A stretch of DNA of 64,000 nt from an uncultured Candidatus Binatia bacterium (GTDB lineage: Bacteria; Desulfobacterota; Binatia; UBA9968; JAJDTQ01), in the NCBI GenBank assembly GCA_965215605.1, contig OZ244070.1, forward strand, positions 3,264,001 through 3,328,000, written 5' to 3'. Both the position numbers and the translations under genes were made by a program. The notes under the pieces are model-generated. The model ran no database searches. It was not told where the DNA came from and saw only the letters and a program-made list of their open reading frames with translations. Below are positions 38,212-56,200 of this stretch, one piece after another. Within the stretch, counting starts at the first letter, position 1; each line of letters begins with the position of its first letter.

Positions 38212-40491
38212 TCAGTCGCCGGACTCCATCAGCCGGTACACCCGCTCGGGATTCATGGGCAGGTCATGGACCACGATGCCTGCGGCTTGCCTCAACGCGG
38301 CGGCGATGGCCGGCGCCACCGGCGCCAGGCCGCCCTCGGCCATGCCCTTGCTGCCGAAGGGGCCGGGGCCGTCCTGGTTCTCGATCAGCACGGACTCGAG
38401 CACCGCCGGCAGGTTTTTGAACCGTGGCAGGGCGTAGTCGATGGCGCTGGGGTTGAGCAGCAGCGCGCCGTCGAACACCTGCTCCTCGGTGAGGGTGTTG
38501 CCCATGCCGAACATGATCGAGCCCTGCTCCTGGCCCTCGCACCGGAGCGGGTGCATGGCCTGCCCGATATCGGCCGAGGAGACGTAGGTCAGGCAGCGCG
38601 CCCTGCCGGTTTCCGAATCCACCGCCATCACCGCGATGCCGGCGTTGATCTCCCAGGTGCGGATGTCGATGCGGTCGCGAGTGAGGGCCTTGTCCATGCC
38701 CCGGCCCACCAGCGTGCCGGTGGTGCGTTCCGCCAGTTCCTCCAGGTTCATCACCGGCTCGCCGTTGGCCGAGAATACCCCGTCGTCCAGAAAAAGGTCC
38801 TGAACGACCCGGTCGGTCAGCGCCGCGGCCTGTTGCAGCATAAGCTCCCGCAGTTCCTCCGACGCCCGCTTCACCGCGTTGCCCATGAGCACGGTGATGC
38901 GGCTGCCGTAGACGCCGGAGGCGCCGGGCGTGGTGCTGGTGTCGTAGGGGGCGATGGCGATCCGGTCGATGCCCACCCCGAGCGCCTCGGCCGCGGTCTG
39001 GGCCAGCACCGTCTTGGCCCCGCCGCCGATCTCCGGGGCGTTGGCGTGCACCGTGAAGGTGGCGTCGTCCTCGAACACGATCCGGGCGTTGTACTGGGTG
39101 GTGGAGAGATCCTTGATGGCGCAGGCCACCCCGGTGCCGATCTTCTCGCCGGGACGCGCCAGCGATTCGGGGGCACGGGTTTGGCGGGTCTTCTCGAAGA
39201 GATCCAGGCAGGCCGTCAGCGCCGCGTGGGGATTGCCGTCCAGCGGCGGCCCGCCGAGCACGTATTTCTCTCCGGCCCGCAGCAGGTTCTTGAGGCGGAA
39301 CTCGATGGGGTCGTAGCCGAGCTCGGCGCAGATGTGGTCGGTGTGGGCCTCGCAGGCCCAACCGAGCTGCACGCTGCCGATGCCGCGGAAAGCGCCGGCG
39401 GGCACCTTGTTGGTGTAGACCGAGTAGCAGTCGGCCCGGGCGTGGGCCACCCGGTAGGGTCCCACGGAGCGAAAGGCCGCCTTGCGCGTCACCTGGATGC
39501 CGAAGTCGGCGTAGGCGCCCGTGTCCAGGTAGATTTTCGCTTCCCGGCACAGCAGCGTGCCGTCCTCGCGCAGCCCGGTGCGGATGTCGATCTCGGCGGG
39601 ATGGCGCCGGGCGGTGAATGCGGTCTCCTCCATGGACATGCGGAGCTGCACCGGCTCCCCGCAGGCGGCCGACGCCAGGATCGCCAGGTGCTCGACGCCG
39701 ATATGGCCCTTGGCGCCAAATCCGCCGCCGACGTAAGGGACCTTCACCGTCACCTGATCCTGCTCGAGCCCGAACATGCGCGCCAGCTCGTCCCGCACCG
39801 GGAAGGGAGCCTGGGATGAGGTGTGGACGGTGACGGACTCGTCGTCCACCGTGGCCACGGCGCAGTGGGGTTCCATGGGATAGTGGAACAGCGACGGGAA
39901 GGAGAAATGGTCCTCGATGACGTGGGTCGCCTCGCGGAAGGCCTGCTCCGGGTCGCCGTGGACGAAGTGGGTGCCGCCGCAGTTGTTGCGGCCGTAGTCG
40001 TGGTCGAAGTCGCTTTCGCCCTCGCGGTCGTAGGCGGAGCCGGCGTCGTGCACCAGCGTGCCGCCCTCCATCGCCGACATCATCTCCGACACCTGGGGCA
40101 GCGGCGTGTACCGCACCTCCACCCGCGCCGCCGCCTCCACCGCCGCGGTCTCGCTGCCGGCCACCACGATGGCCACGGGCTCGCCCTGGAACCGCACCTT
40201 GTCGTGGGCCAGCACCGGCCGGTCCTTCACCGCCTGGCCGTACGGCTTGAGGGTGCGGAGGCACCCCAGCCGAGTGAAGTCGAGGCTGTCGTGCGTCAGG
40301 ATGACGCGAACGCCGGGGACCGCGCGCGCGTCTTCGAGGTCGAACCCGTCGATCCGCGCGTGCGCGTGGGGACTGCAGATGACCCTGGCGAATTTCATCC
40401 CCGGGATGGTGAGATCCGCCGTGTACACGGCGGCGCCGGTCACCTTTTCGTCCGCGTCGAGACTGCGTACCGATTGGCCCACGTATTTCAT
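38212..40491 (-). CDS. Xanthine dehydrogenase-family molybdopterin-binding subunit (stand-alone)
   Basis: EKVTGAAVY, MEPH, VGGGFGAK, AFRGIG, GSKGMAE. Confidence 0.9.
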   Translation of the reverse strand: MKYVGQSVRSLDADEKVTGAAVYTADLTIPGMKFARVICSPHAHARIDGFDLEDARAVPGVRVILTHDSLDFTRLGCLRTLKPYGQAVKDRPVLAHDKVRFQGEPVAIVVAGSETAAVEAAARVEVRYTPLPQVSEMMSAMEGGTLVHDAGSAYDREGESDFDHDYGRNNCGGTHFVHGDPEQAFREATHVIEDHFSFPSLFHYPMEPHCAVATVDDESVTVHTSSQAPFPVRDELARMFGLEQDQVTVKVPYVGGGFGAKGHIGVEHLAILASAACGEPVQLRMSMEETAFTARRHPAEIDIRTGLREDGTLLCREAKIYLDTGAYADFGIQVTRKAAFRSVGPYRVAHARADCYSVYTNKVPAGAFRGIGSVQLGWACEAHTDHICAELGYDPIEFRLKNLLRAGEKYVLGGPPLDGNPHAALTACLDLFEKTRQTRAPESLARPGEKIGTGVACAIKDLSTTQYNARIVFEDDATFTVHANAPEIGGGAKTVLAQTAAEALGVGIDRIAIAPYDTSTTPGASGVYGSRITVLMGNAVKRASEELRELMLQQAAALTDRVVQDLFLDDGVFSANGEPVMNLEELAERTTGTLVGRGMDKALTRDRIDIRTWEINAGIAVMAVDSETGRARCLTYVSSADIGQAMHPLRCEGQEQGSIMFGMGNTLTEEQVFDGALLLNPSAIDYALPRFKNLPAVLESVLIENQDGPGPFGSKGMAEGGLAPVAPAIAAALRQAAGIVVHDLPMNPERVYRLMESGD

Positions 40492-40846
40492 CGAGAGTGC
40501 TCCAGGATTGAGATGTGTCCTGCTTCTATAACCGACGCGCGATCATTTCGGAACCGCCCCGTGCGGCCGGGTGGAGAACCGGACCGCACGGTCCGAAAGC
40601 CGTTTTCGGGGCGTGGCGAAACGGTCCATACATTGATAGACTGTGGGAGATCGGCGGAACAAGCCGCCCACCCGCCTCAGTGCCGCGTTCGGAGAGATAC
40701 GCCTGGCCGCCCAAGCCGGCGGACCGCGTGACGTCTCCTTGACAAAAACGTGATAGCTGCTGAAACTCGGACCATTTTGTGGTATTCCGGCTTGTTCCGA
40801 ATATCGGGGAGACGGGCGCGGGCCGTCTCGCAGAGGGCTGTTCGCT

Positions 40847-45402
<4,556 letters not shown>

Positions 45403-45406
<4 letters not shown>

Positions 45407-45498
45407 GGGCGGGTGTCAAACCCGCCCGTGTGCGGGCGGTACCCCGTTCGCAACAGCACCTCGATGCAAAGGGTAGGGGACGTTCAGTGGGACGTCCT
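45403..45498 (+). repeat. Two GTAG-type REP-like palindromes between gltB and gltD
   Basis: GTAG-GGGCGGGT-GTCAA-ACCCGCCC (45403-45427) and GTAG-GGGACGTTCAGTGGGACGTCC (45473-45497). Confidence 0.55.
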
Positions 45499-45507
45499 CG
45501 GGTTGTT

Positions 45508-47004
<1,497 letters not shown>

Positions 47005-47130
47005 CGTCGGACCGAACCCAGGTCCGTCCGTTTTCTTCACGCAGACCCTCGCCTTCGGGGGAAACGATGCCTGAATGGGACGTTTGTTCTAACGGCTTTG
47101 TTTTATTGTGGAATTTTGAATACAAAAATG

Positions 47131-47159
47131 TTGACAAATTGAAGTTTGCATTGTAAATG
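47131..47159 (+). promoter_or_regulatory. Probable sigma70 promoter of the giant surface-protein gene
   Basis: Exact TTGACA in an AT-rich segment; imperfect -10 (TAAATG) 17 bp downstream. Confidence 0.5.
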
Positions 47160-47210
47160 CGACGGTTTCCCCTGAGGTCGGGATGTTGATAACGGGGCAA
47201 AAGGATTTGT

Positions 47211-47223
47211 GGGGGGGGGGGGG
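47211..47223 (+). repeat. G13 homopolymer tract (candidate phase-variation switch)
   Basis: 13 consecutive G at the 5' end of the giant ORF. Confidence 0.9.
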
Positions 47224-47274
47224 AGCAGTAGAGTTTTTTCCGGCACGGTCTTTTCGGTGGTTGGTGTCAATTTC

Positions 47275-50200
47275 ATGGGGCCGCTCGTGGCCCGGTGGTT
47301 GGGTGGCGCCGCAGCCAAGCTGGGTGAAGGGCCGCTGTTTATCGGAAACCTCACGTCAGCCGCGACTTCCGCCGTCGTCTTCCTGTTCGCTCTCTGGCTT
47401 CCTGCGGTTCTCCCATCTGCCGCCACCGCCCAGAACCCGACCCCGGCCTATTCCCTCAACATCAACGTGACCTCGATTTCCGCCGATGGCGGGGGGATCA
47501 CGTTGCAGCCGCAATACTCGGCCTTCATCGGCTCCGAGCGTTCCACACTCGTCGGCGCCGATAGCATCTACCGGGGGTACTTCGGCCAGGGTGGGCTGCC
47601 CACGCAGAAGTTCTTCGACGCCATTGTCCTTGTCGGCGCGCCGGCGGGGATGCGGGTGACGGCCGCCACCATCGACAACCCCTTTCAGAACGTGCACGGG
47701 GTCGGCCCGGGCAACGGCCATCGCACGGTGCACATCACCGTTTCCGGGGCGGATGCGCCCCTGACCGGCAACGTTGCCGCCGCACTGACCGTCAAGCGGG
47801 AGCTGCTGACCTATCTCGACCCCGACGACGGCCAGATGTACAGCGAGCACCTCAGCAGCGTGCAGAGCGAATGGATCGACATCTCCGCGCCGCTGACCAT
47901 CACCCCCGGCAACGTAACGCACCCGCTCGATTTCGACGGCATCCCGGTGCGGCTCAGCGAAGACGGCGCCGCCGGCGTGTACCGCACGGCGCTGAACAAC
48001 GATCCGGGCAACGGCAACACGGTGACGGTCAGCGTGACGTCAAGCGATCCCGGCGCCGCCACCGTTTCACCGGCCACCCTCACCTTCACCGGCGGCAACA
48101 TGGGCTCCTGGCAGACGCCGCGGCGCGTCACCGTCACGCCGGTGGCGGACGCCGACGGCAGCGACGAGTCCCTGTTCGTCTATCACGCCATCAGCGGGCT
48201 CGGCAGCACGACCCAGGGCGGCGCCGTGGGCGTGACCGTCACCGACGATGACGGCGCCGGCGTGGTGGTGAGCCAGCAGTACCATACGTTCTACCGCAAC
48301 CAGAGCCGGAACACACGCAGCGAATACACCCTGCGCCTCGGCACTCCGCCGAGCGCGCCGGTCACGGTCGCGCTCTCGAGCAGCAACAGCAGCCGGGTGA
48401 GCATCGCCACAGGTTCCAGCGTAACGATCAATCCGAACGACTGGAACCAGCCGCAGACCGTCTCGCTTGCCCTCGGCAGCACCTTCGGTTTTGCCAACAA
48501 CCCGGTGACCATCACCCATGCGGTCACCTCCGCGGACTCCGACTACAACGGCGTTGACGTACCCTCGGTGCTGGTGCAATACCGCAACGTCGGCGCCAAC
48601 GCCGATCCCATCGAATTCAGCAACCCGCGTTTTTCCATCGCAGAATCGGGCAGCGGACAGTACACGCTGAAACTGCGCCGCGATCCGGGCAGCGGACGCA
48701 CAGTCACCGTCAACACCTCGGTCGCCACCGCCGGCAACTTCGCCCAGGAAGTTCCCGGAGCCATGGTCTCGCCACAAAGCTTCACCTTCACTGGCGGCAG
48801 CAGCGGCACCTGGTCCACGGCGCAGACCGTCACCGTGACGCCGATACCGGACGGCAACAGCGACAACGAGACCGTCACCGTCAGCCACTCCATCACCGGC
48901 TGGCCCGGCAATACCCGGGGCGGCGACGTCACCGTCATCGTCACCGACAACCTGGCGGGTGGCGGCCTCGTTTTCGACCCGCCCCTGGTCAAGGTGGAAC
49001 GAGGCGTTCCCGCCCGCTACGGCGTGCGGCTGAAGACCAAGCCGGTGGCAAGGCGCTGGGTTGTTGACCCCCTCGGGAGCTACTACGAGGAGCGCTACAC
49101 CGAAGTCGACGTCAGGATCTCCTCCCAGAATCTCAACGTCGTCAGGCCGCATCCAGTCGGGCAGTTTCCCGGCCTCGAGTTCAATACCAATAACTGGAAC
49201 GTGCCGCAGTGGGTGAGCATCGAGCACGGCGGCACCGACGACACAACCACCCTGTTCCACACCACCAGCGTGAACTACGACGAGCCGATCAACGGAGAAT
49301 ACGTGACGCTGGTGGACGAGTCGTATCGCAATCTCTCCATCGGGCTGACCGCCCAGGCGCAGCCGACGACGACGGTGAGCACCCAACCCCGGGCCACGCT
49401 GTCGGTCTCCCCGACGACCGTTGCCGAAGGCGGCAGTCTCCGGGTGCGGGTCAGCCTTGAGGGCGGTACCGCGCCAACCAGCGCGAAGATCATCCCGCTG
49501 ATCTACACCAACGGCAGCGCGGCGGACGCCGACTACACGGCGGTGGGCACGGCGCGCATTCTCGCCAATCAGCGCAGCGCCACCGTCACCGTGGCGGTCG
49601 CCGACGACAGCCTCTTCGAGGACGACGAGACCTTCACCATCGCCCTCGGCGAGATGCCTTTCGGCATCCGCCCGCCGGGGTCCGCGCAGACGTCCTCCGT
49701 GGACATCACCATTTCGGCCAACGACAAGCCGGAAATCGGCATCGCCGCCGACGCCGCCGAAATCAACGAAGGCAACACCGCCGGCTTCACCATCACCGCC
49801 ACCAACCCGTCCCAGTCGGACATCGACGTCGGGCTGACGGTGAGCCGCACCGGCACCTACGTGGCGGTCGGCGACACCGGGGGCAAGAGCATCACTCTGC
49901 CCGCCGGCCAGACCACGCTCGATTACGACATCACCACCGACGAACTTGCCAGCGACGATCCCGGCGGCTCAGTGCGCATTGCCCTTGGGGCGTCATCGAA
50001 CTACAGCGTCGATTCGGCCGCCGCATCGGGGCAGGTGGCCATCCGCGACACCGACGCCACCACCGTGGCCCTTGCCTCGGGGGCGGGGAACATCGCCGAA
50101 GCCACGGGCGAAACGCCCATCACCGTGACCCTCGGGCGCGGACTCGTGGCCGGCGAAGCCCTGAGCCTGCCGCTCACCGTCGGCGGCACCGCGGTGCGAG

Positions 50201-53200
50201 ATACCGACTACACCATCGCCGAACCCGCCACCCTGCCCGCCGGCGTGACCTACGACGCCGGCAACGCCACCCCCACGATCACCTTCACCGGTCCGAACAG
50301 CGGCGAGAGCGCCAGCAGCGCCACCCTGACGCTGACCGCGGTGCAGGATGCCTTCGACGAGGGCGCGGGCGAAACCGTCAGCTTCACCCTGCCGGCGCTC
50401 GATGCCAACTCGGGCACCGGCCTCGACGGCGGCGTGTCGGGCTCGGGCAGCGCCACCGTCACCATCGACGACGACGACGCCGAACCGGAAGTCAGCATTC
50501 AGGGGCCGTCGTCCGCACTCACCGAGGGGGATTCGGCGACCTTCACCATCAGCGTCGACGGTAGCGCCGCGCAGGACCTGACCATCGGCGTCTCGGTGAG
50601 CCAGACCGGCGCCTTCGTCAACGCGAGTGCCATCGGCAACAAGACCCTCAGCGTCGCCTCGGGGACGAGTTCCGCAACCCACACCGTCGCCACAGTTGCG
50701 GACTCGAACGACGAGCCCAGTGGCTCGCTGACCGTCACGCTCACCGACGGCACCGGCTATCAAATCGCCAGTGGCGCCGGTTCCGCCAGTGTGGCGTTGA
50801 CTGACGACGACGCCACCGGCGTGACGCTGGCCGGCTCCGGCAGCGCGATCTCCGAAGCCGGCGGCTCGAAAACCGTCTCCGTGGGCATCGATCGCGGGCT
50901 GGTGAACGGCGAGACGCTGCGCCTGCCGCTCACCCTGGGCGGCACCGCCACCCTCGGTACCGACTACAGCCTGAGTGCGCCGAGCCCGATACCGACCGGC
51001 GTCACCTACGCGAACCTCGGCAGCACCGACCCGGTCAACAGTCCGCCGACCATCGTCTTCACCGGTCCGACGAGCGGCGCCACCGCGGCCTCGACAACGC
51101 TCATCCTGCGCGCCACCCCGGACAATCGCGATGAGGGCACCTTGGAATCGGTGACCATTGCACTGCCCAACCTGAACGCCAACTCCGGCACCGGCCTCGA
51201 CGCCGGCGCTTCGGGCAGCGGCTCGGTCAGCTTCAACATCAACGACGATGACGACCAACCGATAATCAGACTTGCCCGCCAGAGCGGCAGCGGCGCCATC
51301 ACGGAAGGCGAGCAGGTTGCGTTCTCGATCACGGCGAACCGCCCGTCGGACAGCGACCTGACGATTGCGCTCAACGTCACCGACAGCGGGGATTTCCTCG
51401 CGGCGGCCGATGAAGGTTCGAAGGAGCTCGTGCTCGAAGCCGGTGAAACCAGCCTCACCTACACCCTGGCGACGGCCACCGATGTCACCGACGAGCGCTC
51501 CGGCTCGGTTGGCCTGGCCTTGGCCGCAGGCACCGGCTACACCCGGCACGGTTCGCAGAGTGCTGTCACCGTCACGGTGAACGACGACGATGCGACCCTG
51601 GTGACCCTGACCGTCCCGGCCGGCAACATCTCGGAGACGGGCGGAACCAAGACCCTCACCCTGACCCTGCCCCGCGCCCTGGAGGGCAACGAGTCCCTGC
51701 CGGTGCCCCTCGGCTTCGCCGGCAATGCGGCCTTCGGCACCGACTACACGCTGGCGGAACCCAACTCCAGACCAGCAGGCGTCAGCTATTCGAATCTCGC
51801 GAGCAGCAACCCGGCCAGCAGCCCGCCGACGGTCACCTTCAGCGGCCAGTCGGGCGGCGGCGCCACGTCGGCCACCGTCATCCTGCGGGCGACCAGCGAT
51901 GCCCTGGTGGAGACCAACGAGTCGCTGTCCGTGGGCCTCGGCACCCTCGACGCCAGCACCGGCAGCAACCTGCACGGCGGCGCCCGGGGCACGGGCAGCG
52001 GCAGCTTTGCCATCACCGACGGCACCGGCGCGCCCGAGATCCGGGTCACCGCGGGCGCCGTCGCCGTGGAAGGCATGGCGGCGAAGTTCACCGTGCGCAG
52101 CTCCGCCACCTCCACCCGCAGCCTGCGCGTGAACCTGTCGGCGGCCCAGAGCGGCAACTTTGTCGCCGGCGCCGAACTCGGCGCGGGCAAATCCGTCGTC
52201 ATTCCCGCAGGCGAGACCTCGGCGATGTATTCGGTGCCCACCTTGAGCGACGGCGTTGACGAAGCCAACGGCGCGGTCACGCTCACCGTGGCCAGCGGCA
52301 CGGGCTATTCGGTTTCTTCGAGCGCGGGCAGCGCCTCCGTCACCGTCACCGACGACGATTCCACCACCGTCACCCTCGCCTCCTCGGACACCACCGCCAC
52401 CGAGGGCAGCACCACCGAGACTGGCGCTTTCACCGTGACCCTCGGCCGGGCCCTCGTCAGCGGCGAGTCATTGCAGGTGCCCCTGACAGCCCGCGGCGAG
52501 ACCGAATACACGCTGGCACTGGCGGAGGCCACGGGAATCGCTCTCAGCAACAATCGCGACCTGACCTTCACCGGCGGCGCAGGCGCGGAGCGCACCGCCA
52601 CCGTGACCTACCGCGCTGACGTCGATTCCGACGACCGTAACGAGGAGGTGAGATTCTCCATTCCCGGCTCAACCAGCGGTTCGCCGCGCATGACCGCAAC
52701 CGGCCTTGGCGGCGGCGTGGTGGGTTCCGGCAGTGCGCTCGTCGTCGTCACCGACACGGGGGAGAGCGGCCGGGGCAGGGTGAACGTTCAACCGGCCAGC
52801 CTGACCATCGCCGAGGGCGGCAGCAGGACCTACCGCATGGTGCTGACCACCGACCCGGGTTCCGGCGCGGAGGTGGTCATCACCCCGGCGTCGAACAACA
52901 CCGATGTGACCTTCTCGCCGGCCAGCCTCAGCTTCACCGGCGGCGCCGCCGGCAACTGGAGCACCTGGCAGCGCGTCACCGTGGCGGCCGCCGAGGATGC
53001 CGACACCGCCGTCGACAGCGTGACCCTCAGCCACACGATCAGCGGCTACGCCGGGGTGACCTCGGTGCCGAACGTCTCCGTGAGCGTGACCGAGGCCGGT
53101 GCCGGTTTCCTGGTCTCACCGGCGCGGGTCGATGTCGTGGCGGGCCAGTCGGTGGACTATACGATCCGGCTTACCAGCCAGCCGGCCGGCAACGTGGTGC

Positions 53201-56200
53201 TGGACCTGACGAGCAGTGATACCACCATCGCCACCGTGCCGAGTTCGGTCAGCATCCCGCCGGCGAGCTGGCAAAGTGGCGTGGCGGTCACCGTCACCGG
53301 TGTGGCCGCGGGCGCGGCGAGCATCAGCCACGCCCATGCCACCACCACCGACAGCGGCTACGCCACCGCGACGCTGCCCGGTGACCTGGCCGTCAACGTC
53401 TTTGCCGCGGCGCCACCGGTGATCACGGTGGAAAGCAACGCCAACGCCAATGGCGTCACCGAAGGCGCAGATGCCAGCTTCACGATCAATGCGAGCCCGG
53501 CCCCCGCGAGCGACCTTGTGGTGTCGTTCACGGTAGAGCAGAACGGCGATTTCGCCACACGCGAACTTCCGACCTCCGTCACGATCTCCACGACGGACAC
53601 TGGTAGCGCCCTCGTCCTCATTCCGACCGCGCAGGACACCACCGACGAGCCGGACGGCAGCTTCGTCCTGACGCTGCAACCGGGCGCCGACTACAGCCTT
53701 GGCGGCGCCAGCAGCGTCACGGTTCCTGTCACAGACAACGACCTCACCACGGTCGAGTTGAGTACCGGAAGCACACGTATCGCGGAAACCGGAGGCGGCC
53801 AGACGTTCATCGTGCAACTGGATCGCTCACTGGTGGCGGGAGAATCGGTGTCGGCGCCGCTCAGCCTGGGTGGAACGGCGAGCCTCGGGACGGACTATCG
53901 GCTGCACCCGCTCGCGGGTTCATCCGGCATCCGGTACGAAGGGCTCGCCACCGCGTCGCCCACTGTGGTGTTCACCGGCGGGCCGAACAGCTCCGTCCTC
54001 GCGACGGTCACTGTCCGTGCCGTGTCGGACCTGGTGGATGACGACGACGAAACGGTGATCGTCACCCTCGGCACGCCCACCAGCACCGGGCTCGGGGGCG
54101 GGGCATCGAGCGCTGGCGCCACGCCGGCAACCTTCCGGATCATCGATGACGACGGGGACACCCAACCCACCGTCAGCATCGCTGCCGGTTCCGGCGTCAC
54201 CGAAGGCACGCCCGCGAGCTTTACCGTCAGCGTCAGCCCCGCGCTCGCTGCCGACGCCAGCAACCTCACCGTCAACCTGAACGTGGGGCAGATGGGCGAC
54301 TACGTCGCCTCCGGCGATCGCGGCATGAAACAGGTCACCATCAACGCCGGCAGCGGCTCGGCGACCTATCGCGTGCCCACCGACGCGGACAGCCAGGACG
54401 AAGCCGCCGGCTCGGTGACGGTCAACGTCGATCCAGGCAGCGGCTACCAGGTCTCGGGTTCAAGCGCCAGCGCGTCGGTCGCGGTGGCCGACAACGACCA
54501 CACAGCCGTTACGCTGTCCGCCACCGCGGGCAACATCTCCGAAGCCTCCGGGGCCAAGGAAATCAAGTTGACGCTCGGGCGCGTGCTCGTCAGTGGCGAG
54601 ACTCTGACCCAGCGGCTCAGCTTCGGCGGCACCGCTACGTTTGGCGCCGATTACACGCTCGCCGCGCCCTCCCCGCTGCCCAGCGGCGTCAGTTTCAGCA
54701 ATCTGGGCAGCAGCAATCTGAGCGCGAGTCCGCCGACCGTCGTATTCACCGGCGGCACGGGGGCGTCCAGGGTGGCGACCCTGACGCTCACCGCCACCCA
54801 GGACACCACCGTGGAAGCCTCTGGCGAGACCATTACGGTCGGTCGCGGCACGGCCGCCCAGACCGGGCTCGGCGGCGTTGTTGGCAGCGGCTCGGTGGCG
54901 AGTTTCCGGATCGTCGACGACGACAGCGCCGCCGCGGTGCCGGAATTGAGCATCACCGCCGGCGATGGCGTCACCGAGGGCGCCAGCGCCGCCTTCACCA
55001 TCAATTCGACCCAGGCCGCGCCATCGAGCGGCCTGCGGGTGACCTACACCCTGTCTCAGCAGGGCGAGTTCGTCGCCTCCACCGCCGTCGGTTCGGGCAA
55101 GACCGTTACCATCCCCGCCGGTCAGAGTTCGGTGATCCACCGTATCGCCACCACGGCCGATAGCATCGACGAGGCCAAGGGTTCGCTAACGGTTTCACTC
55201 GCGTCCGGCACGGGCTACACGGTATCCGCGAGCGCCGGCGTCGCCTCCCTGGAGGTCGAAGACAACGATCCCACGGGTGTCACCCTGTCGGCATCAAGCA
55301 GCGCCATACCCGAGACCGGTGGCGTCAAGCGCGTCACCCTGACCCTCGACCGTGCGCTGGTCAGCGGCGAGGTGCTGGCGGTGCCGATCAACGTTAGCGG
55401 CGGGGTCGCCGCGGGCGACTACAGCCTGGGCCAACCGGCATCGCCACCGGCCGGCGTCACCTACGCGCTCTCTGGCAACGCGCCGCGCATCACCTTTAAC
55501 GGCAGCAACGGTGCGCCGCGCAGGGCGACCTTTACCCTGTCCGCCACATCCGACCTTGTCGACGAGGGCGAGGCGGAGTCGGTCACCCTCGGCCTCGGCA
55601 GTCCCACCCCCAGCGGCACGGGGCTCGCCGGTGGCGCCAGCGGCTCCGGCAGCGCGACCTTCGACATCACCGACGACGACGGCACCCCGGTCATTCGCAT
55701 CGAGGGCGGCAACCGGGTCGCCGAAGGCAGCAATGCGGTGTTCATGCTCAAGGCCAGTCCGGCGCCGCAACAGGCTCTTACCATCAACCTGAACGTGGCC
55801 GACGACAGTGTCGCGGACTTCGTCGCCTCCGGTAACCAGGGCAGCCAGCCGGTGCAAATCCCGGCGCACACGACGACGAAGACCTACGAAGTGGCGACGG
55901 TGAACGACAGCAACGACGAGCCCCGCGGCGAGGTGACCGTCACCGTAGCGAACGGCACCGGCTACACCCCCGCGCAGACCGCCGCCAGCGATACGGTGCA
56001 GGTGAGCGACAACGACCGCACCACGGTGACGCTGTCGCTGCCCGACAGCACCGCCACCGAGAGCAGCGCCAGCGATACGGCGACCGTCCGACTCGCGCTG
56101 CCACGCGCCCTGGTCTCCGGCGAATCGGTCAGCGCTGCGCTCAGCTTCCGCGGCGGACGCATCGGCCGCGAGTTCAGCCTCAGCCCCCCGAGCCCGCTCC

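Noticed and set aside
40739-40767. TTGACA upstream of gltB as a promoter
   Set aside because: No convincing -10 box at 16-18 bp spacing.
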